A stretch of 64,000 nt of DNA from a virus. The translations under genes and the position numbers were made by a program. The stretch lies in IMG/VR virus record IMGVR_UViG_3300027754_000042. One strand, 5' to 3'. Below the pieces are notes generated by a model, which searched no databases, was not told where the DNA came from, and saw nothing but the letters and a program-made list of their open reading frames with translations. Positions 8,947-18,622 of this stretch are shown here, in pieces; positions within the stretch are counted from its first letter, which is position 1; the number at the start of each line of letters is the position of its first letter.

Positions 8947-11244
8947 ATGGCTGAGAAACTGGTATCGCCTGGCGCGCTTGACAAGTTGGCTAAACTGCTT
9001 GCGGCTGAGAACATTGCTGTGGAACATGCACCCGTGGTCACCGCGTCTTTTGATGTTAAGAACCGCGTCCTACGTCTGCCTATGTGGCAGGAAATGACCG
9101 AAAGCTTGTACCATCTGCTGGTGCTTCACGAGGTCGGTCATGCACTGGAAACTCCGTGCGATGGCTGGAAAGGTGCTATTGACGCCGTTGAGGAATCAGA
9201 CGGCCGCCGTGTGTCGCGCACATTCCAAGGCTATTTGAATGTTGTTGAGGACGCGCGGATTGAGCGTAAGATTAAGGCTAAGTTCCCCGGCTCGCGCCGT
9301 GATTTTCACGATGGCTACAAGTGGCTTTTTGAGTCGGACTTTTTCAATGTGAAGTCTACCAATCCCGATGAACTGTCAACCATTGACCGTATCAACCTTT
9401 ACTTCAAGGTTGGTTCTCATATGCAGGTGCCGTTCTCGGATGAAGAACAGGTGTTTGTAAAGCGGGCTGAGGACATCCACACATGGGATGAGGCCGTCCA
9501 GCTTGCTAATGATCTCCTTGCTTTTGCCAAAGAAAAGGCGGAGCAGGAAGAGGAAGACCTGGATGAAGAAAAGCGTGACGTTTCTACCCGCACCCTTGAT
9601 GATGATGACGGCGAGGAAGGTGACGATTGGGAAGATGGTGAAGATGGCGATGAAGGGTTAAAAGGCGAGTCCGATCAAGATGAAGTCGGCGATGGTAATG
9701 ATGAGGACAAACCGAAGCCCTCGCGCCGTAAGTCTGGTGGTCAGATAGAAGAGGCTACCACTGATAAGGCTCTGTCTGATAAGATGCAGGATTTGGTTGA
9801 TCCTACTATGCTCGGCAGGGAACTCCGTTATGTGGTGCTGCCGAAGGATATCAATTCGGATAACTTCATTGTGAAGTATGGCGATATCCTGAAGTATGCT
9901 CAGCATGATATCAACCTCGGCAAGGTGGCCGATTATCAAGCTTTTGCCAATCGTGTGTTCTCCAAGTTCCGCAGCGACAATAACAATGCCATCAATTATA
10001 TGGTCAAGGAGTTTGAAATGAAGAAGGCTGCTACGGCCTATTCCCGTAGCAAGCAATCCAAGACTGGTACCATTGATACGACAAAGATCCATAGCTATAA
10101 GTTCAGCGAGGATATCTTCCGTCGTCTCACGGTACTGCCGACCGGCAAGAACCACGGGCTTGTCGTCTATCTCGACCTATCTGGTTCCATGTCTGGTCAT
10201 ATCCGCGGTGCGGTTGAACAGATGATTACCCTGGCTACTTTTTGTCGCCGTGCTAACATCCCACACCGTATCTATGGTTTCTCGACCAGCCTGGCTGGTG
10301 CAGGTTACAATCATCCTGCTACTCTGAAATACCACGATATGCGGTCTAAAATCAATACGGAATGGCGTAACATTGACAATCGTGTTGACAAGCATTTCGT
10401 ATACCCTAACACGGAACTGTCACTGCTGGAATTGTTTCACGAGGGCATGAACCTGCGTGATTTTAATTTCATGTGTTCCACATTGCTTATTTCAGGTATG
10501 ATCCAGAACTATACCACATGCGATCTGGTTCCTGCTGGCTATAATAATGTGAAGCATTATGTCCGTGATGTTATCTTCAATAAATTCCGTGACCCGTTTG
10601 AGTTCCTCAGCCTTGGATCGACCCCGTTCAATGATTCCTTGATGCTTGGTCGCGATATCATTACCAAGTTCACGAAGGAGAAGAACCTCGAGATTGTGAA
10701 CATGGTAACTATCACTGACGGCGAGTCCGATCATCCATCATATATTCTGCACAAGCAGAATGGGCAACGTGGTAATTTGGCTGGTTCTAGTATCATCCAC
10801 AATAACCGCACCTCGTTCCTGACCGACGAGCATAGCAGGCGCCAAATTCGTTTGAATTTTGAGCATAACCATCAATATACCTCAATGTATGCTAAACTCA
10901 TCCGTGACACGATGAAGGTCAATCTTGTTGGCTTCTACATTACCAACAGTGCCCGTGACGTTACCAGCGGCGCCCAGATGGCTGGGTCAAACTGGTATGA
11001 TGCTGACCTGATGGCTAAGTCTTTCCGTTCTAATCAGTACGCAATTGTGCCTGGCTTGTATGGTCACAATGAGTTCTATTATATCAAGGGCGGCAAAGAC
11101 TTGCGTACCGAGAGTTCTGGCATGGGTGATATTGCTGCGGATTCTTCGAAGGGTAAACTGAAAACCGCGTTTGCCAACGCACAATCCAAGCGCGGTACGT
11201 CCCGTGTTGTGTTGGCTAAGTTTATCGACAAGATCGCCGTATAA
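8947..11244 (+). CDS. CobT-like protein: N-terminal HExxH metallopeptidase-like domain, acidic linker, VWA domain
   Basis: LHEVGH, NVVEDARIE, D/E-rich linker, MIDAS DLSGS and ITDGE. Confidence 0.85.
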   Translation: MAEKLVSPGALDKLAKLLAAENIAVEHAPVVTASFDVKNRVLRLPMWQEMTESLYHLLVLHEVGHALETPCDGWKGAIDAVEESDGRRVSRTFQGYLNVVEDARIERKIKAKFPGSRRDFHDGYKWLFESDFFNVKSTNPDELSTIDRINLYFKVGSHMQVPFSDEEQVFVKRAEDIHTWDEAVQLANDLLAFAKEKAEQEEEDLDEEKRDVSTRTLDDDDGEEGDDWEDGEDGDEGLKGESDQDEVGDGNDEDKPKPSRRKSGGQIEEATTDKALSDKMQDLVDPTMLGRELRYVVLPKDINSDNFIVKYGDILKYAQHDINLGKVADYQAFANRVFSKFRSDNNNAINYMVKEFEMKKAATAYSRSKQSKTGTIDTTKIHSYKFSEDIFRRLTVLPTGKNHGLVVYLDLSGSMSGHIRGAVEQMITLATFCRRANIPHRIYGFSTSLAGAGYNHPATLKYHDMRSKINTEWRNIDNRVDKHFVYPNTELSLLELFHEGMNLRDFNFMCSTLLISGMIQNYTTCDLVPAGYNNVKHYVRDVIFNKFRDPFEFLSLGSTPFNDSLMLGRDIITKFTKEKNLEIVNMVTITDGESDHPSYILHKQNGQRGNLAGSSIIHNNRTSFLTDEHSRRQIRLNFEHNHQYTSMYAKLIRDTMKVNLVGFYITNSARDVTSGAQMAGSNWYDADLMAKSFRSNQYAIVPGLYGHNEFYYIKGGKDLRTESSGMGDIAADSSKGKLKTAFANAQSKRGTSRVVLAKFIDKIAV

Positions 11245-11265
11245 ATACAAAGCAAAAATGAGGGG

Positions 11266-11294
11266 TTGACAAATCCCTCATTACCAACTACAAT
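11266..11294 (+). promoter_or_regulatory. sigma70-type early promoter (late box TATAAATA also at 11240-11247)
   Basis: TTGACA-N17-TACAAT. Confidence 0.75.
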
Positions 11295-11322
11295 GGTAAC
11301 ATGATGACAAAAGGAGATGGCT

Positions 11323-11475
11323 ATGTTTAAAGTATCATATACTCTCAAGGATGAAAACAAGCTTCTGTCGGACGAGACGGCCAAGTTTCGTTACCTACAG
11401 GATGCTTTCGATTTCATGCGTCGTTTGTTGGCTTCTACTGGACTTGTTGGTAAACCCACCATCGAGCGGCTTTGA
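11323..11475 (+). CDS. small hypothetical protein (50 aa, not in ORF track)
   Basis: SD AAGGAG, own promoter, MFKVSYTLKD... Confidence 0.6.
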   Translation: MFKVSYTLKDENKLLSDETAKFRYLQDAFDFMRRLLASTGLVGKPTIERL

Positions 11476-11478
11476 CCA

Positions 11479-11508
11479 TTGACAATCCGACCTAATCCGT
11501 GCTATAAT
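11479..11508 (+). promoter_or_regulatory. sigma70-type early promoter
   Basis: TTGACA-N18-TATAAT with TG extension. Confidence 0.75.
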
Positions 11509-11539
11509 ACTTATATGATGATGAAAAGAGGGCGATGAA

Positions 11540-12742
11540 ATGAATACCAATCAGTCCAAGTTCCTTGAGAAAGCCATCAGCAAGTTCGGTACTGACGCAG
11601 TGGTAGCTCGTTCTGAGCTTTGCGATTTTGCTTTGGCAAGCAATTTCAAGCGGGGTTCTTATCGTTGGATTTTTAAAGACGAGTATCGTGCTAGCCATGG
11701 CAAGTACAAGCTGCCTGCCGTCTCTGGCGCTGCTAGTGTTGATACTACGTCCATTGCTGCTATGGCGGCCGATATCGTTCCCATTCGCAAGGCTCAGCCA
11801 GTGGTTACCACTACCAAGTTCGATCCTAACGCCGTGTCGGAGCATGATTATGCTGCGGTGCCCGAGAAGGACAAGAACTATGTGCCTTTTGGCGAGTTCA
11901 AGATGATCGAAAAAATCATTGCGTCTGGCAAGTTTTTCCCTGTGTTTATTTCTGGGCATTCTGGCAACGGCAAGACTTTCATGGTTGAGCAGGCTTGCAG
12001 CAAAGCCAAACGAGCCATGATCCGTGTGCAGATGTCGCGTGAGACCGACGAGGACGATCTGATCGGTGGTTTCCGTCTTATCAATGGCGAGACCAAGTTC
12101 ATGAAAGGCCCGGTACTTCGTGCGATGGAAATCGGTGCTTTGCTTCTGATTGACGAGGCCGACCGTGCTGATCCTGGCAAGGCTATGTGCCTCCAGGGTA
12201 TCCTCGAGGGCAAGTCTTACTATGTGAAGAAGACTGGTGAGATTGTAAAGCCAGCCGATGGCTTTAATATCATGGTCACTGCAAACACCAAGGGCCGTGG
12301 CTCTGAGGATGGGCGTTATGTTGCTGCGACCATGCTTGACGATGCTTGGCTTGAGCGTTTCCCGATCACGGTCGAGCAGGAATATCCTACTGTCCAGATC
12401 GAAAAGAAGATCCTCGTCAACTATCTTGGCAAAGATTTGCCCGAGGCTGATGTTTCGTTCATCGACCATCTGACCGTCTGGTCTGAAATCATCCGCAAGA
12501 CCTTTGCTGATGGTGCCATTGATGAACTCATTTCCACTCGCCGTCTGGTGCATATCGCACAGACGTTCCTGATGCTCGGTGACCGCATGAAGGCCATCAA
12601 GTTCTGCATTAACCGTTTCGATGAAGAGACCAAGACCGCGTTCCTTGATCTCTATAGCAAGGTTGATCCTACGATCAATCCCATCCCCGCCACTCCGGCA
12701 GTTGATGCTGCCTCGGAGAAGTCTCAGGAAATTTCTTTCTGA
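11540..12742 (+). CDS. MoxR/CobS-like AAA+ ATPase
   Basis: GHSGNGKT Walker A, LLIDE Walker B, TANTKG, ISTRRL. Confidence 0.9.
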   Translation: MNTNQSKFLEKAISKFGTDAVVARSELCDFALASNFKRGSYRWIFKDEYRASHGKYKLPAVSGAASVDTTSIAAMAADIVPIRKAQPVVTTTKFDPNAVSEHDYAAVPEKDKNYVPFGEFKMIEKIIASGKFFPVFISGHSGNGKTFMVEQACSKAKRAMIRVQMSRETDEDDLIGGFRLINGETKFMKGPVLRAMEIGALLLIDEADRADPGKAMCLQGILEGKSYYVKKTGEIVKPADGFNIMVTANTKGRGSEDGRYVAATMLDDAWLERFPITVEQEYPTVQIEKKILVNYLGKDLPEADVSFIDHLTVWSEIIRKTFADGAIDELISTRRLVHIAQTFLMLGDRMKAIKFCINRFDEETKTAFLDLYSKVDPTINPIPATPAVDAASEKSQEISF

Positions 12743-12773
12743 GATTAATATAACCTAAATTATGGAGAAATAT

Positions 12774-12980
12774 ATGTCACAGTTGTCCTTGATTGAAAAG
12801 CACCTTCGTCGTAACAACACCGGTCCTGGTGTCACTGTCGCTAAGCTTTCTAAGCTCACTGGCATTTCTAAGGAAGGTATCTATAAGCGTGTTAGTGACC
12901 TTCGCGAAGCGCACACAATCTACAGCAACTACCGCAAGGTAAATGGCGAGCGCAAGCTTTACTATCGCATCGCTGCCTAA
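12774..12980 (+). CDS. small winged-helix/HTH DNA-binding protein
   Basis: VTVAKLSKLTGISKEGIYKRVSDLR helix-turn-helix pattern. Confidence 0.65.
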   Translation: MSQLSLIEKHLRRNNTGPGVTVAKLSKLTGISKEGIYKRVSDLREAHTIYSNYRKVNGERKLYYRIAA

Positions 12981-12990
12981 TTTATGCTAT

Positions 12991-13022
12991 ATAGGGTGGG
13001 GAGCATTCCTCACCCTATTTTT
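12991..13022 (+). terminator. intrinsic terminator
   Basis: ATAGGGTGGGGA/TCCTCACCCTAT stem followed by T-run. Confidence 0.8.
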
Positions 13023-13036
13023 AATGGAGTCTAAAA

Positions 13037-13273
13037 TTGAATAACGATGAAATTCCCTACGCCCATCTTCGTGGTCTGAGTGTTACAGTTCGGAACAATG
13101 ATATCAATGGTGCATTGCGCGTCCTGAAGAAGAAAATTCAAGCTGATGGTATAATGCGAGACCTTTCTGAGCGCGAACATTACACGAAGCCTTCCATGCA
13201 ACGCCGTCTGAATAAAATTCAGGCTATTCGCCGTTGGAAAAAGAAGCAGCAGGAAGCTGCTGAACAGCTTTGA
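13037..13273 (+). CDS. rpsU: ribosomal protein bS21
   Basis: VTVRNNDINGALRVLKKK...REHYTKPS signature. Confidence 0.9.
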   Translation: MNNDEIPYAHLRGLSVTVRNNDINGALRVLKKKIQADGIMRDLSEREHYTKPSMQRRLNKIQAIRRWKKKQQEAAEQL

Positions 13274-13314
13274 ATTTCCATATATATTATTGCAATTTTT
13301 AACATGGAGTCGTT

Positions 13315-14172
13315 ATGTCCGCACTAGAAGTTTCTGTAACAATTGAAGAACTACGCAAGCGTAAGATTTTAGTAGCCACACCTATGTACGGCGGTATGTG
13401 TGGTGGTACATATACAAAGTCAACTGCCGATCTTGCGTCCATGGCAGCACAGTATGGCATGGATGTTCGCTTCTATTATCTCTTCAATGAATCCCTAATT
13501 ACTCGTGCGCGAAATTACCTCGTGGACGAATTTCTGCGTTCTGATTGTACTCACTTGATGTTCATCGACGCCGACATTGGTTTTGATCCGAATGATGTTA
13601 TTGCATTGTCGGTCATTGCGGAAGCTGGCAGTGATAAGGAAATCGTATGTGGTCCGTATCCCAAGAAATGTATTGCTTGGGAAAAGATCAAGCGCGCGGT
13701 CGACCGTGGCTTCGCTGACAAGGATCCAGAGAACCTCGAGAAGTATGTTGGCGATTATGTTTTCAATCCTAAGGAAGGATCTGGATCCATTGCTCTCGAT
13801 CAACCAGTAGAGGTGCTTGAAGGTGGCACTGGCTTTATGATGATCCAGCGTTCTGCGTTGGAAAAGTTTGCAGCCGCTTACCCACAATACACATATCTGC
13901 CTGACCATGTGCGTACCGCACACTTTGATGGTACCCGCGAAATCATGCAGTTCTTCCAGGCTGAGATTGATCCTAAGTCTAAGCGGTACCTATCAGAAGA
14001 TTATTGGTTCTGCCAGAAGATGTGGGACATCAATGTGAAGACATGGCTTTGCCCATGGATGAAGCTTCAGCACATGGGTTCATATGTGTTTGCTGGTTCT
14101 CTTATTGATCTGGCTCAGATCGGCGCTGGTGCTACCGCTGACGTAGGTGAATTAGCTCCTCGTAAAAAGTAA
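13315..14172 (+). CDS. GT-A fold glycosyltransferase-like protein
   Basis: ATPMYGG, ESLITRARN, FIDADI (DxD), GTGFMMI, LSEDYWFC. Confidence 0.8.
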   Translation: MSALEVSVTIEELRKRKILVATPMYGGMCGGTYTKSTADLASMAAQYGMDVRFYYLFNESLITRARNYLVDEFLRSDCTHLMFIDADIGFDPNDVIALSVIAEAGSDKEIVCGPYPKKCIAWEKIKRAVDRGFADKDPENLEKYVGDYVFNPKEGSGSIALDQPVEVLEGGTGFMMIQRSALEKFAAAYPQYTYLPDHVRTAHFDGTREIMQFFQAEIDPKSKRYLSEDYWFCQKMWDINVKTWLCPWMKLQHMGSYVFAGSLIDLAQIGAGATADVGELAPRKK

Positions 14173-14173
14173 C

Positions 14174-14202
14174 TTGACATTCGCATTCACACCTGCTATT
14201 AT
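14174..14202 (+). promoter_or_regulatory. sigma70-type promoter
   Basis: TTGACA-N17-TATTAT. Confidence 0.75.
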
Positions 14203-14228
14203 GATTATCTTGAGTGAAGGAATATACC

Positions 14229-14900
14229 ATGAAAATCTCTAAGACCACAATCGACGTACTAAAGAATTTTGCGACAATCAATCCCAGCATGTTGTTTTCT
14301 GCTGGCTCAGAATTGAAGACGGTCTCACCACAAAAGACCGTCTTCGCAAAGGTAAAGATCGAAGATACAATCGACACTGAATTTGGTGTCTTCGATTTGT
14401 CTCAGTTCATTAATGTTTTGAGTGACTACGAAAATCCCGATATCTCTGTCAATAACACGTTCATCTCCATCACAAATGGAACTGGCGATATCTCAGATAT
14501 CGTTCGTGCAAAGGCAGAGCTTCTTCCCAGTCTTCCTACCAAGGAAGTTACTCTACCTTCGGTCGATGTAGCTTTTGTTCTGGAAGCAGCGAAGCTTCAA
14601 AGAGCATTGCGTCAAGCTTCGCTTCTCGTTCTGCCAGAAATTGCTCTTGTTGGTGAACATGGTAACGCATACTTCTGCGCTATTGATTCGCGCAGCGATT
14701 CCACGAATCGTTTCAAGAGCCCTGTAGGCAAGGCTGAGAAGAGTTATAAGATGATCTTCAAGGTTGATAACCTTAAGGTCATGGGTGGTAAGGACTATGA
14801 TGTGAAGGTATCTTCAAAGGGTATCGCATACTTTGCATCCACTGATGGCATCTGTCATTACTGGGTCGCAACGGAATCTGGTTCGTCTTTTGATGCCTAA
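14229..14900 (+). CDS. gp45: sliding clamp gp45
   Basis: MKISKTTIDVLKNFATINPS N-terminus, FGVFDLSQF, YWVATE. Confidence 0.93.
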   Translation: MKISKTTIDVLKNFATINPSMLFSAGSELKTVSPQKTVFAKVKIEDTIDTEFGVFDLSQFINVLSDYENPDISVNNTFISITNGTGDISDIVRAKAELLPSLPTKEVTLPSVDVAFVLEAAKLQRALRQASLLVLPEIALVGEHGNAYFCAIDSRSDSTNRFKSPVGKAEKSYKMIFKVDNLKVMGGKDYDVKVSSKGIAYFASTDGICHYWVATESGSSFDA

Positions 14901-14902
14901 TC

Positions 14903-14927
14903 GGTGGGGGCGAAAGCCCCCATCTTT
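14903..14927 (+). terminator. hairpin / probable terminator
   Basis: TGGGGGC-GAAA-GCCCCCA followed by TCTTTC. Confidence 0.65.
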
Positions 14928-14944
14928 CGTTATGGATATGTGAA

Positions 14945-15403
14945 ATGACACAAGATAGCAAGCAGTCTAAGCTCGGCCGCGCGGGCGAGAGTATTGTGTT
15001 GAATTGGTATAGTGAACAGGGTATGAAGGTTAAGGCATCTATTGACCAATATGATAGCTACAAAGATGCTTTGATAGATGGTAAGTGGGCAGAAGTCAAG
15101 ACACAGGTTCCATTCGTCTACCGAGATTCATTTACCATAAAGCCAAATCAGTTACGCAAATGCCAAAATGTTTGTCGATTGATTTTCGTTTCTGTACCAA
15201 ACTCAAAAGAAAAACACTATAGCGCAGGAAAAGTGTATTGCATTTTTCCAGAAGATGGGTTACAATACAATAAGTATACCACCAAAGATGGGCGTGAAAT
15301 GATACTCATTCCGATCAAGCAAGATGGTATGCGTGAAATTTTTGAAATGACCGAAGAGGAACAGAAGATCCTTCAGCGATATTCTGTGTCTTCTTGGAAC
15401 TGA
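14945..15403 (+). CDS. putative PD-(D/E)xK nuclease
   Basis: GRAGE...D...AEVKTQ pattern. Confidence 0.55.
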   Translation: MTQDSKQSKLGRAGESIVLNWYSEQGMKVKASIDQYDSYKDALIDGKWAEVKTQVPFVYRDSFTIKPNQLRKCQNVCRLIFVSVPNSKEKHYSAGKVYCIFPEDGLQYNKYTTKDGREMILIPIKQDGMREIFEMTEEEQKILQRYSVSSWN

Positions 15404-15413
15404 TGGAGCCAAC

Positions 15414-16355
15414 ATGCGTGAAGAATTTCTCTGGGTAGAAAAGTATCGGCCGCATAAGATTGCCGATTGCATTCTACCTGATGACCTGAAGCAAACATTC
15501 CAACAATTCGTAAACGACGGCAGCATTCCTAATCTGTTGCTTGCTGGCACTGCTGGTGTCGGTAAGACAACGGTCGCTCGTGCTATGCTTGACGAGATCA
15601 ATGCTGACTATTTAATTATCAATGGGTCAATGAATGGTAACATTGACACACTGCGAAATGAAATTCGCAACTATGCAGGTACCGTATCATTTGGTGGAGG
15701 TCGTAAGTATGTTATCTTGGATGAGGCGGATTACCTCAACGCTAGTTCCACACAGCCCGCACTCAGAAACTTCATGGAGGAGTTCTCAAGTAACTGTGGA
15801 TTTATTCTCACCTGCAATTTCAAGAACCGAATTATCCAACCACTACATTCTCGGTGCGCTGTTGTAGACTTTAAGATCCAGAAGAAGCAACTTGGTGGTC
15901 TTGCTGTTGAGTTTATGAAGCGAGCCATTTGGATCCTTGAGGCTGAGAATGTTGAGTATGATAAAGGTGCAGTCGCAGAGGTAATCAAGAAGCATCTGCC
16001 CGATTGGCGGCGTGTACTCAATGAGTTCCAGAGGTATGCTGCGCGTGGTAAGATTGACACTGGTATCCTTGCGTCGGTCGATAATACCAATATCAGCGAA
16101 CTTGTCAAGTGTTTGAAGAACCGCGAGTTTGAGAACATGCGAAAGTGGATTGGCACTAACTCTAGCGCGGACGTGAATACTCTATTCCGTTCTCTGTATG
16201 ATACCGCTTATGATATCCTAGATCAGAATTCTGTACCGCAGTTGATCCTCATTCTTGCGGACTATCAGTACAAAGCTGCTTTTGTTGTTGACCAAGAAAT
16301 CAACCTTGCTGCATGTATGACGCAGATTATGATTGATTGTGAGTTCAAGTCATAG
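15414..16355 (+). CDS. gp44: clamp loader large subunit gp44
   Basis: LWVEKYRP, GTAGVGKT, ILDEAD, SRC. Confidence 0.96.
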   Translation: MREEFLWVEKYRPHKIADCILPDDLKQTFQQFVNDGSIPNLLLAGTAGVGKTTVARAMLDEINADYLIINGSMNGNIDTLRNEIRNYAGTVSFGGGRKYVILDEADYLNASSTQPALRNFMEEFSSNCGFILTCNFKNRIIQPLHSRCAVVDFKIQKKQLGGLAVEFMKRAIWILEAENVEYDKGAVAEVIKKHLPDWRRVLNEFQRYAARGKIDTGILASVDNTNISELVKCLKNREFENMRKWIGTNSSADVNTLFRSLYDTAYDILDQNSVPQLILILADYQYKAAFVVDQEINLAACMTQIMIDCEFKS

Positions 16356-16365
16356 GACAAATACG

Positions 16366-16923
16366 ATGGCAAAATACTTAGATAGATCAGCGATAGAAGA
16401 CCTTGACTCTTATAGACAAGAGATATTTGCGATTAGAGAAAGAGCATATGCAAAGCATGGTATTGATATATTGGATAACGATACTCTAAGCTCCGTATCA
16501 ATCTACAATTTGGTTTCTCAATATGATCCAGATTACAATATCAACTTTGCTAGAAATGGTGAAGATGCGATTTCTAATCGAATTGAAATTGAACAGAAAT
16601 GTAGCAGAGTCGAAAACGATAAGAAACTGGCTTCATTTATGTTTCATGCTATGGGTAACCTTATCTATGATCGGTATATCTTTGTTGCGCGCCACAAAGA
16701 CAATCTAGACCTACTCAGGATCTATGATATAAGTCAGAAAAAAAATCTGAAAATCATTCATAAGCATTTGACGGCAGAACGAGATGCTTGGTTAGAACGA
16801 GGCAGAAAAGATCAAAGCAAAATGAAAAGGGATGTCGTTTTGCTGTCTGAGAAAATGATGAAAGAACAACTGACAAGCTTATCTAAAATCAAGATATATA
16901 CATGTGAAGTTATTAGAGGTTGA
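16366..16923 (+). CDS. putative restriction-endonuclease-like protein
   Basis: GED...IEQK possible PD-(D/E)xK centre; AT-rich; abuts a methyltransferase. Confidence 0.45.
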   Translation: MAKYLDRSAIEDLDSYRQEIFAIRERAYAKHGIDILDNDTLSSVSIYNLVSQYDPDYNINFARNGEDAISNRIEIEQKCSRVENDKKLASFMFHAMGNLIYDRYIFVARHKDNLDLLRIYDISQKKNLKIIHKHLTAERDAWLERGRKDQSKMKRDVVLLSEKMMKEQLTSLSKIKIYTCEVIRG

Positions 16924-16925
16924 CA

Positions 16926-18176
16926 ATGGCAAATCTGATCTACACAGAAAATGAATTTCTATCGCTGTTCAGTTTTAACAAGACAGTCAGTTTTGAAGAC
17001 TTTAGCAACCAAATTTCTGTGTTGAATGGTAGCGATACCTCAGGAAATTTCGTCGTCAGGAGCGACCTTGATACATTCATCGAAAGAGTTGCAAAAAGCG
17101 ATGACAGAAAAGATAGACTGAACTTATACAAAGAACAAATGTATAAGATGCTCGTTCTAGAACCAGAGGTAGCTCTTACAGAATGGTTTCGTAAGACTGC
17201 TAAAATCGCAGAACCGATTGAGCATTATTTTCAAATACCACCCGCTCAGATTTTAAATGGTGACACATTTGCTGGCCGTACATACAGCAAATATGGTCGT
17301 ATCTGCAAAAACATTAATTTCGAAAAATTTTTCAGCACACGCAAACTTTACAGTAACGATTTCGAGTACACTTTTGGTTTACTAAAAGTGATGTTTGAAC
17401 AATTTAAAATACGCAACAGTTTAGCCAGCCCCGCTTTCTTTGACCATATATGCAAAATTGAAAACAGTAACTATGGACAATTCTGGACCGATTTTATGAT
17501 TGGTTGTAATAGGGCTAGCATTTTTAATCCAGCAACATACAAGGGCATCTTAGACGAAATTCTTCCTGGTAAAATTTTGTTTGCTCCAGTTATGGGTTGG
17601 AATAGCTATCAGTTCGCATTTTATTCGAGCGGATTCGAGAAGTTTATCGCAACTGATGTTATACCTGAGGTTGTTGAAAACGGAAAAACATTGCACAAAG
17701 TCTGGCAAGATTTTTCAGACAAGAGTTTTTTTGGAGTAGCGGATAAGTCTGTCGATCTATATTGTTGCCCCTCAGAAAAACTGAAGTCGATTGGATTCGA
17801 AGATACATATCGAGAGAAGGTAGATGCGGTTCTGTTTAGCCCGCCATATTATGACCTTGAAATTTATGATAGCGAAGATCAAAGTTTTACCAATTATCCT
17901 AACTATGAAGAATGGCTAGAAAAATACTGGGAAGCTACCGTCCTTACAGCAAAGGAAGTGATGAAGCCAGATGCCAATTTTGCGTTTGTTATCTCTAACT
18001 ATAGAAATAAAGCCAAACAAGAAGTGAATATCAGCGAAGATATGATGAGAGTGGTAAGCAAGCACCTGAATCTTAAAGCCAGATATAAGATTCAGTGGTC
18101 AGCTATTGGAACTGGACGGCAAGCAAAAAAAACTAGAGGCGGAAATTTTGAAGACCTTTGGGTTTTCACAAAATAG
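16926..18176 (+). CDS. amino-DNA methyltransferase (N4-C/N6-A type)
   Basis: FAPVMGW motif I variant followed by FSPPYY motif IV. Confidence 0.75.
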   Translation: MANLIYTENEFLSLFSFNKTVSFEDFSNQISVLNGSDTSGNFVVRSDLDTFIERVAKSDDRKDRLNLYKEQMYKMLVLEPEVALTEWFRKTAKIAEPIEHYFQIPPAQILNGDTFAGRTYSKYGRICKNINFEKFFSTRKLYSNDFEYTFGLLKVMFEQFKIRNSLASPAFFDHICKIENSNYGQFWTDFMIGCNRASIFNPATYKGILDEILPGKILFAPVMGWNSYQFAFYSSGFEKFIATDVIPEVVENGKTLHKVWQDFSDKSFFGVADKSVDLYCCPSEKLKSIGFEDTYREKVDAVLFSPPYYDLEIYDSEDQSFTNYPNYEEWLEKYWEATVLTAKEVMKPDANFAFVISNYRNKAKQEVNISEDMMRVVSKHLNLKARYKIQWSAIGTGRQAKKTRGGNFEDLWVFTK

Positions 18177-18177
18177 C

Positions 18178-18206
18178 TAGACATTGAAAGTGTTTGGTGA
18201 TACACT
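18178..18206 (+). promoter_or_regulatory. sigma70-type promoter for gp62-regA
   Basis: TAGACA-N17-TACACT with TG extension. Confidence 0.6.
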
Positions 18207-18238
18207 AATGGTTCTTCAAAAATACAAGAGAGTGTTTT

Positions 18239-18622
18239 ATGGCTAGTCCTTTTGATTATGTAAACTCGATTATGAAGCCAAAACAACCAAACATGATGCG
18301 CGGACATGGAGAAGCAGAAGAGAAGGCTTATGTGCCTTTTCTCACTAACCGATCGCTGTCGTACCACCAAGACTGTGTACTGTATGCCAACGAGATGAAC
18401 ATGCGTGGGCATCTAGACAAATTACTCCAGTATGAGTATTTTATAAATATAATCAGGAAACAGAACCGTAAGTTTGCCAAGTGGCAAAAAGAAGAAAAGA
18501 ACGATTCTGTCGACCTGGTTATGGAGTTCTTCGGCTATGGGCGTTCAGAAGCTAAACAAGCACTGACCGTATTGACACCCAGCCAAGTAGACCAGATCGG
18601 GTCGTTACTTGGCAAAAGGTGA
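18239..18622 (+). CDS. gp62: clamp loader small subunit gp62
   Basis: PFDYVNSI, YVPFLTNRSLS, LQYEYF; position before regA. Confidence 0.9.
   Translation: MASPFDYVNSIMKPKQPNMMRGHGEAEEKAYVPFLTNRSLSYHQDCVLYANEMNMRGHLDKLLQYEYFINIIRKQNRKFAKWQKEEKNDSVDLVMEFFGYGRSEAKQALTVLTPSQVDQIGSLLGKR

Noticed and set aside
11492-12553. 353-aa minus-strand ORF and other long antisense ORFs
   Set aside because: Antisense shadows of genes with biased codon usage; no motifs or expression signals.
8947-12742. Cobalamin biosynthesis (cobS/cobT) feeding the class II RNR
   Set aside because: No CobN or other cob genes in the window; generic MoxR/VWA pair with an added HExxH domain.
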